DNA of 63,741 nucleotides, the filler included, from Kipferlia bialata (Eukaryota), in the NCBI GenBank assembly GCA_003568945.1. It is 6 parts of 6 records of this genome, joined end to end, with 100 filler letters (N's around TTAATTAATTAA, not from the genome) between each part and the next. Parts side by side here need not be neighbours in the genome. Positions count along the whole stretch, not along the records: positions 51,619 to 58,568 come from BDIP01001042.1; positions 58,669 to 63,741 come from BDIP01001047.1; 4 more parts are not named here. One strand, 5' to 3'. The notes under the pieces are model-generated. The model searched no databases. It was not told the origin of the DNA and worked only from the letters and a program-made list of their open reading frames with translations. A program made the translations under genes and the position numbers. Positions 55,324 to 63,741 of the stretch are shown here, piece after piece (position 1 is the stretch's first letter; every line of letters starts with the position of its first letter).

Positions 55324-56875
55324 GTGTGTGTATATATATCTAACTCTTAGGGGTATACCTGTCTGTGGTGTCTGGACTACTCAGGATACACATATATAGT
55401 ATATGCTACTACTATATATTTATATATATATATATATATTTGCATATATCTAACTCTTAGGGGTCTCCCTGTCTGTGGTGTCTGGACCACCCAGGGCACC
55501 CCATGCATGAGGACAGAGTACTGCAGGTATATATAGTGAATACTAACAATCAAATTTATTATATAATACTTCTATACAGTACTATAGTATATGTATATAT
55601 TATACTCAGGCCACCCCATGTATGTGGACAGAGCACTGCAGGTATCTATATATATATATATATATAGTGAATATACGTATGAATACATATATATGTGTGT
55701 GAGTGTGTATATACTGGTCATGACACTCCAGGTGGCACCAGATTACATATATGTGTGTGTATATATGTAGTTATTTGTATATATGAATATGTTCTATTCT
55801 GTCACTGACACTGCAGGTGGCACCAGACTCGCATATATATTTAAGTATGTGTGTGATTGTATATGTACTGATACTGACACTCCAGGTGGCATAAGGACAA
55901 GGAGGAGGTACCTGTTGTCAGTCCAGAGAAGGTATATTGCCCTGTGTATATGTATGTATAGATATATATATTTGTGTGTGTGTGTGTGTGTATGGTGGTA
56001 GGAGAGGGTCGCATATAGTGTACAGCTATATGTGTTATAATGTGTACTTGTTTCTTTTGTAAGTACTCACTTTCAGGTTCTGACCCTCATTACCACCCTG
56101 GACACACATGTGAATATGGACATGAAGTATATACAATACCACCCTGATGTTGTATACATGCGATACAGTTGGTTTCACTTGTACTGACATACATAGCTTC
56201 TGACCCTCATTGGCACTCTGCACAGGCTCATTCAGATAGTATTGTGCGGATAGGTGTATATGTATAAGTTAAGTGTGTATGTAGTTACCTTCAGGTTGTG
56301 TCCCTCATTGGCACACCGTCCAAGCTGACACCAATATGTGTTCTATATATATACTACAATGATACATATGTATGTATGTGCTTACTAATAGGTTGTGTCC
56401 CTCATTGGCACTCTGCCCAGGCTGAGGAGGTCCAGGAAGTGTAGAGAGGGGGTCTCTCCCAAGAGGTAAGCGATGTTAAGCCGAGCAGAGGGGCTCAACT
56501 GATAATATAGTAGCATGTATTATTCTATATACAACACTATATGCATAGTGGTATGTATTACTCTATATACAATACTATATGCATGATGCATATATTGCTA
56601 AGTATTTGTAATGTATTTCAAATACTCATTAGCAGGAGAGTTCCCTTCACGTCTGATGAGCGCAAGGCCGTCAAGGCCGCCCTTGAGAAGTACGGCCCCA
56701 AGCAGGTGGTCAAGATTGCAGCCTGCCTTCCTGGGAGGACCTACAAACAGGTGGGTGAATATAGAGTGTAAATATTGGCAACATCTATACACAATTGTGT
56801 ATGATATATAGTACTAGGTTAGTAGGTATTCCTGGGAGGACGTACCAACAGGTGGGTAAAGTGTATATAATGGTA

Positions 56876-56925
<50 letters not shown>

Positions 56926-58235
56926 ATGTATATGCTGTTATATATTGATATTTCTATGTGTGAGTTTTAATACATGAATATGGATATGTTATATTCACTA
57001 TCGTACTGACGTTAGGTCTATAAATACCTCCGGAATGATGATGCACGAAACAGGAAGACCCACACCGTATCTAGGCTTCGTATAGCGATGAAGAGGCCTA
57101 GAAGGGGTTGCACCACCCATGGAACTACACGATCTGGAGGGAGAGCTACGCGATCTGGAGTCAGAGCTACACGATCTGGGGGGAGAGCTACGCGATCTGG
57201 AGTGAGAGCTTCACGATCTGGAGTGAGCGCTACACGATCTGGAGTGAGAGCTTCACCATCTGGAGTAAGAGCTTCACGTTCCGCAGTGAGAAGAGGCGGA
57301 AGGCGTACTCCTATAAGGATAAGAATCTCCTCTACAGTAAAAACGTCGAGACGCTCGGGAACGGGGCGTACCTGTCGCCGTTGGACAGAGGAGGAACGCA
57401 GGATTGCTATTAGGGGTGTCAGGAAATACGGTAGGAGTGGCTATAGAGAGGTGGCTGAGACACTTCCAGGGCGGACACCAAACCAGGTATGTATATCATA
57501 TGAATATATATGTATACATATATATATATATATATACATATATATTGATTATCACTGTTGGAGAGGTCTACTCTTTAATACCGTACAAATCAGGTAACTT
57601 TTGATGTATACGCTGACACTAGAAAGAGACACTCTATTTATTTGATATGCACATGTATACATATCTCATCCCAGGTCTACCAGTACATTGGCCGTAAGGT
57701 AATACCTCTGCTTAAGGCTGGTGGATACTCTGAGACTGGGGAGGACAACGATGGAGACACAGGGGGGAATGGTGCAGACGCTCAGACGATGAGACGTCGT
57801 CCCAAGAGGAAGTGCAGTGCATGGGGGGCCAGTAGGGTGTCGAGACCACCTGCTGTACCAGTATCAGTACCAGAGGTGTCAGACACTGACTCTGACACTG
57901 ACTCTGATTCTGATAGTGGCAGTGGCAGCGGTAGTGGTTCAGATACACCTTCTGTAGTGAGTATCTGTGACAGTTGTGACAATAGTCCAGTGCCACCAAG
58001 TGTTGAGACTGGGGCTACTAGTAGTGGAGGTGTGGACCCTGAGCCTGTTGAGTCTGTATTCTCATTGGACTCTGGCAGTGACACTGACAGCGAGACGGAG
58101 GAGGATAGTGCGACCGAGGCGGAGGCAGAGAGTGCAACCGAGGGAGAGAGAGAGAGTGAGGCAGAAAGTGAGGCAGAGAGTGAGAGTGGCACTGAGAGTG
58201 AGACTGAAGTGGAGAGTGAGGAGGATGAGTGCTAG
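51926..58235 (+). CDS. Large nuclear protein with a CCCH-type zinc-finger-like motif and two SANT/Myb repeats; 5' partial
   Basis: CGVWTTQGTPCMRTEYCR|WH; PFTSDERKAVKAALEKYGPKQVVKIAACLPGRTYKQ|VYKY; RWTEEERRIAIRGVRKYGRSGYREVAETLPGRTPNQ|VYQY; acidic tail to TAG at 58235. Exon phases are consistent from 51926. Confidence 0.72.
57124..57291 (+). repeat. 21-bp coding minisatellite (~8 units, [AT][TS]RSG[GV]R) between the SANT repeats
   Basis: Unit GCTWCRCGATCTGGAGKSAGA repeated in tandem; seen directly. Confidence 0.9.
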
Positions 58236-58568
58236 AGTGGTACTTGAGAGACTAGCAGGCTAGAGACCACCAGTGAATCCTTCCACACTTGTAACAATTT
58301 TGAGATATATATGACGTAAGCGACATAAATACACATGTATGTAGTGTATCGATTTGGAGAATAGGGAACTAGAAGTAGTGAGGACGGGAATGAGAATACC
58401 CAAGGTGTGATGGTCACAATAATAACTCCAATAGGCCTACGAGCGTTGCTGACAGGCTTCCTCTAAAAGGCAATAAAGCCTGTTTGGGCTTTTTAACAGA
58501 AAGGGCAACGATATTTAGGGTAACAAAGACTAAAAAGGCAATTTAGTCTGAGATGACCTTATACGGCC

Positions 58569-58668
58569 NNNNNNNNNNNNNNNNNNNNNNNNNNNNNNNN
58601 NNNNNNNNNNNNTTAATTAATTAANNNNNNNNNNNNNNNNNNNNNNNNNNNNNNNNNNNNNNNNNNNN
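58569..58668. other. Artificial contig linker
   Basis: N-run + TTAATTAATTAA + N-run, 100 nt. Confidence 0.98.
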
Positions 58669-58699
58669 TCCGTGGAGTACCCTGACCTGGATGTCATGA

Positions 58700-61000
58700 C
58701 GCTCTGCTTGTGGTGGTGCAGCACGTTCATCGCCATTTCTGTCACGCACCAGTATGTTTGACAGCCGTAGGAAATCTTCCAAGTACACAACACTGGACAC
58801 TTCCCTTCCTGCTTCAGAAGAGTCACGGTAGTGGTTCTCCGTGTGTCAACCCCACGTGTAGTCATCTGGAATGAGAGTTGTGCTTGATACTAGGTTCTCC
58901 ACTCTTAGAGATGTGACCAGTTAGGTATTCCCACCGGACTTGAGGATCTCACCTGATTCTTTCGGTATTGTCGGAAGTGTTGTGGAGAAGTCTGTTAATG
59001 CATACTTGACATACACGGCATGAGATAGGGGTCTTGGGTGCACAGCTGGAGAGGCTGTGCTCTGGACTCAGTGGCAATACCCGTATGGTCATTAGTGTAA
59101 CGGACACCACTGGACCTGTTCGAACATGTTTTGGAATCTTCCACACACACGTCACCTCGGGAGACGGTTCGAGTGTGTCTATGACTTTTCCCGCTATCGC
59201 CACTTGTCATCCCTTGGTCTTTTCTCTATCGTATGGGTTCTGCGTGACTACGTTAGTCTCAATGGCAGCGTGAATGTGCATTTTGCCCCTGACCCCTTGT
59301 CCTCAACGCCTCTGCTTGTGGTGGTGTACCCTGTCAATCGCTATGCCTACCTGGCACCGGTGTGTTTTACTGCCGTCAGAAGGTGGTCCCGACTCTCTAC
59401 CCTGGACACATCCCTTCCTGCTGCTGTAGGGCAATGTCAGAGGTTACCGTGGTCTTAAGTAGACGGGATCCTTGTCATCTAGAGTATTGAGGCTAGTTCG
59501 ATTCACAGTTCTGCGATGGACATTGTGGCAACTCATCTCTACTCTTGTCATGTTAGAAGGTACTATGGTGAACAGTGGCTGGCCTATGGTGACTCTAGAT
59601 CTAGATGTTGCATCTGAGAGTATGAGACCACTGAAATCCTTGAACGTCCGATTCCCACTAGACAACACCTCCCCTCCTTAGGCTATCAGGCATGGGCAGA
59701 GCGCTCTGATGCACTACGACTACCACTAGTGAGTGGTAGCCTGGAGACAGTGCAGCGTTGTCTGTAGTGATTGGTGATGGACATTGCGAGTGACAGTCTG
59801 TCGTATTGCAACCGCCGCTGCTGTTAGCCGTGGCCACTATACACCGTTGATACTCCAAATGGTCTGGAAGTGTTCGGAAACTCCGTGAATGCCAACTTGA
59901 CACACATGGCATGAGACATGGGTCTGTGTAGCACAGCTGGAGGGGCTGCACTCTGGACTCAGTTGCATATACCCTTCTGGCCACAAGTGTGGTGTCTGGC
60001 ACTGTAATTGCTCTATCATGTTACGCCTTCAACACACCTCTCCCCACCGTTCAGTACAGTTCAGGGTGTCTCGAGTCTCAGACTCAAGGTACTCTGGTGG
60101 ATATTCGCAGGCACATAGTGACTCCAGATGCTACACCTGTGTGAACGTATCCGACTGGGAACTCCGCGCGCATTTGCTACTGGACACCTCCTCCTTCCTT
60201 CTTGGCCTGTCACTCATGTACAGAGTGCCATGTTCTACCACATATGAGTCCTGTAGAATGGGAACCATGCTGCTGTGCCCTAGTGAATGACCATAGACAT
60301 CACTATACTGCCAGCGGCACCGACCGGAGCAACTTGAAACTGGTGCTGACTTCCCACCATTGAGTGAATTAGTGGTATGCGGCCATCCGACTTTATAGTG
60401 CCCACCACTTTCAGTGCTCTCTCCGCTTCCGAGAATTATGCACAGCGTCTGTTGACCGAGTTCATCTTGTAACCACCTTCCCCACTTATCACTTGACCGT
60501 GTCCCTGCTCTAGGGGTTCTGCGTGACTAGGCCAGTCTCCATGACATAGTGTCTGTGGCTGGTGCCCCTGTCCCCTGTCAGTCTGGGATACTACCTATGT
60601 ACAGAGAGGTTGCCAAGGTGTCACCTACTCCTACTGGGTGTGTGCTCTCTCACCTCTGTGGCTGGGGTGTGCTGTTGCAGGTGCTTTCGGTGTACCCTTG
60701 CCTCCGGATACTGGCGCAATCTAATGATGATCATGGACATCACTGCCGATAGTTCTGCCCACATTGCGACACGTGGATCCACCAAATACATTCACAACAT
60801 TACTGTCATGTGAGCGAGGAGTTTAGAGTGACTGCTGGAGCAGTATGTGGTACCGAGCAGACCCGAGTAACTGTATTAGTCTGTCCCCATTCACCCCGAT
60901 ATGTCAGGGAAAGTGTTGTTGACTTTGTCGTGAATGAGCACTATACAGCGCCACCACTTTCAATTGGGTCCACGCTACTTCTCGTCCATCTGTACAGAGA
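58700..61000. repeat. Decayed long direct repeats, apparently non-coding
   Basis: 58700-58815 resembles 59306-59425; 58960-59090 resembles 59855-59985; 59195-59305 resembles 60478-60580; 60395-60417 resembles 60942-60965. Confidence 0.6.
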
Positions 61001-62011
61001 CGTGCCCCCCCTCTTCAAGAGCCCAGGTCTGACGTCCGAGTAGACTTGGTCTGTCGCCTGCGCTATGTGAGTGTCATTGTAATCTGACAAGTACCTATCC
61101 TCCTTCTAGGAACGATTATGTCATCCAGACACTATGGTGGAGACACTTTTTGGGTTGTCTTCCTGTGTGTCATTCGCTGGTCAGTCCAGGGTAACAATGG
61201 CTTTCTGGCAACTATAATCTGGAGTGTGACACTGATTTCCAAGCCCTGGCTGTGTCTCTATCTGAAGTGCAACTTGGTCACTGTGAGGTTGACACCTTGT
61301 GTGGCAGTCTTTCGGTAATGATTCTGTCGATGAAGTCTGTTACATATTTGTTGTATGTGTATACATATATATACCCTTGTCCCATGGGTGGTGCCCATAC
61401 ATGCACTCTAGTCTCTAGACTGGACAGTGCACGTACGAGCCCCACTCATGAGACCTCTTTTCATTGAATGAGCGCGGATGTAATCCAGCTGAGTCTGAGT
61501 CACACTGAACCCTTTTCCAGATTTTTGATCGGCGAATCTCCGACTTTGATAATCGGAGGATCTGCTTTCGCCTCATCACATCTCTCTCTTTGTCTCTGTA
61601 TCTCACTCAAATGGGGTGTGATTGGGCATATTCAGTTCCCATCAAGGTCGGATATGCCGTGGACTTCAGAAAGGTACTTGCGCGCACAACTAGATGCCGA
61701 TTGACAGGGCCATCTGGAATGATTCTGCTCTCAACATGGTACCCTCGCATATCTCCCTCTTCTCTGCTCTATTCTCATGTTTAAGGCAGTTGCTGCTATC
61801 CCTGAGCTCCGTAAGAGCTATCTTAAGTGCTTGAAGGGTTCCTGGGGTTTTGTGAGTCGTGGTGATGACCTTAAGGTACGAGAGCCATTCCCTCCTATTC
61901 AGTATCAGTATCATCATCACTACTACTGATACTGATACTGAAGGTACCGGAGGCATTCCCAACTCCTCAGTAGACGCTGGGCGGAGAAACAGTACAGTCT
62001 GTGCACCTCTT

Positions 62012-63005
62012 ATGCCTCTTACTCCACAGGAAGAGGTTGTTGCCGACGGGTACCTCGAGAAGCTCTGCGAGGGCGGTATGGCCCCCCGCTACGGTAAGGG
62101 GGAGGTCACTCTCAACGTGGACTACAAGGTACAGTATTTGTTATATAAGGTACATAATTTCACACATTTTTGGACATGTATAGTATAGGATGTGCATATT
62201 GTATTAATATGTATCATTCATTTAGGGGGGTACTGTTAACGAGGACGACAAGGATCTATAGTAGAACAGTTGCATTCCCAAGGCTCTCACCACTCAATTA
62301 CGGCTGTAGGGGCACTGGTATTGTTATGTTTTGTAACTCATCTGAGGTCAAGTTTCAGCTTCCCATCGTCAACACTTTTGCTGACGATGATACGGCTGTG
62401 AGTCAGGCACTTGAGCGCCAGATCTTCTTTGTCGGATACACGGTGAGGGCACATTGTATGTATAACTCCATAGTCACTGGGTGCACTGGGTGCACTCTTC
62501 TTCTTCTCTTTCATTCTCTTCACTGTAGTGATGCAGGAAGTATGTTAACATTGCGTACATAGAAGAGTATGCACCCAAATGTATGACACACCCAATTAAG
62601 TCTGCCTCTCTCCTTTCCTTATCACTATGTGGGGATCAATTCAGTTGTTCTATAGTAAACCTTCCAGGGAGAAGGGACTAGAGTGATTACTGAATTGTCT
62701 GCGATCACGATCCAACTATTATACACATATTTTCCCATCGTTTGTGGTCATAGTGTATTTCTACTGGTTGTGGTATGTTGTGAGGTATACATTTTATATA
62801 TACCGTGTAAATACATTCTGACTCTAGGTGAACCTACCCAACTGCGATGCTGTGAGTGTAAATATCTGTATATAGGAGTATTGTTGTATATATGAATATC
62901 ATATTCATAATGAATATGATATATAATGGCTACTACTAACATACTAGGTTGACCCACCCAAGTGCAGTGCCCCCTGCGGGTACAACACCTCCCACGTCAC
63001 AATGA
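62012..63005 (+). pseudogene. Possible disrupted gene of unknown family
   Basis: Protein-like exons MPLTPQEEVVADGYLEKLCEGGMAPRYGKGEVTLNVDYK and SEVKFQLPIVNTFADDDTAVSQALERQIFFVGYT have GT donors, but I found no in-frame GT-AG join between them (the phase-0 join hits TAG TAG). Confidence 0.3.
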
Positions 63006-63741
63006 CAAAGAGGGGAGTGCCCGATCTCGCCCAGGTATACCCTACATACATACTCTATGTACACTATACATATATAGGTGTAGGTGGATACATAGCTGTA
63101 TACTACATATACATGAGTGGAGTGCGCTAACGCGCACACGGATGTACTATATTATATAGGATATAGTATATACCATAGAGAGAGGGATGTCTATATACTA
63201 TTTACACATCCCTCTCTCGATATATATGTGTGTGTAAGCTTAGAGACATATATATGACCTATTAGTTCTCCAAGTGCCCGAGTTCGCCTAGGTACATACG
63301 CATATGTCTATATATCTATATATGCATGCATGTCTCTCTCCCTCTACACAAATAATTCCGTAATCCTTATAACAGATTGGTATACATTTACATGCATGGA
63401 TGTGTATGTGTATATATACGTCTATATATATGTGTATATATATATTGAGCTGGCCATAGATCATGTGCACCAACTCACTACTAGTGCGCAGCAGACATGG
63501 AGTTGCTCTCGTCCACCCTCTCTTCCTTGGACCTGGAGCCAATCCCCACCACACTTGGAGGTGTATAGGTGTGCTATCGTAACACTGTTTGAGTCTATGT
63601 AATCTTCGCAATATAGCACAGCATGGGCAACACAACTAAATAGATGGTTCACTCTCTTTGTATCTGTCTTCACATACTGTACCAACCCACAATGAAAGGG
63701 GGGGGGGGGGGGGGGGGGACATTATTTAAAAAAAGGAAGAG

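Noticed and set aside
57124..57291. CRISPR-like or regulatory array
   Set aside because: Contiguous 21-bp units without unique spacers, in frame within a eukaryotic exon.
62226..62265. TAG read as Gln (diplomonad-type alternative code) to rescue the 62012 gene
   Set aside because: Conserved genes here end in TAA (PIG-V, Isf, Arf) and contain no internal TAA/TAG; the standard code fits.

Overview
Intron-rich eukaryotic genomic DNA. The window is six unrelated contigs joined by artificial 100-nt N/TTAATTAATTAA linkers (12818-12917, 25731-25830, 38626-38725, 51519-51618, 58569-58668), plus two scaffold gaps. Short GT-AG introns full of (CT)n, (TA)n and poly-C tracts, the standard genetic code, a shortened histone H4 tail and an anaerobe-type iron-sulfur flavoprotein suggest an anaerobic protist. 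A free-living fornicate such as Kipferlia is my guess, not a database result. Genes reconstructed by hand-splicing: a multi-TM/RGS protein, an LRR + tandem-domain + MOV10/SDE3-like RNA helicase, PIG-V, RAD52, a C2-like protein, a B-box protein, a YjjX-family NTPase, a histone H4 5' fragment, an ISWI-type remodeller, an iron-sulfur flavoprotein, a divergent Arf-like GTPase plus an orphan exon copy, a SANT/Myb + zinc-finger protein and several hypotheticals. The most unusual signal is dozens of 'exon echoes': partial copies of exon edges with one splice site, placed about 50-130 nt away in the neighbouring intron, often 2-4 in series. Their differences from the working exon are strongly skewed to synonymous changes, although most could not be spliced in conventionally. 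Second is the in-frame LRR-(repeat domain)x2-MOV10 helicase architecture. All exon boundaries are manual predictions without RNA evidence.
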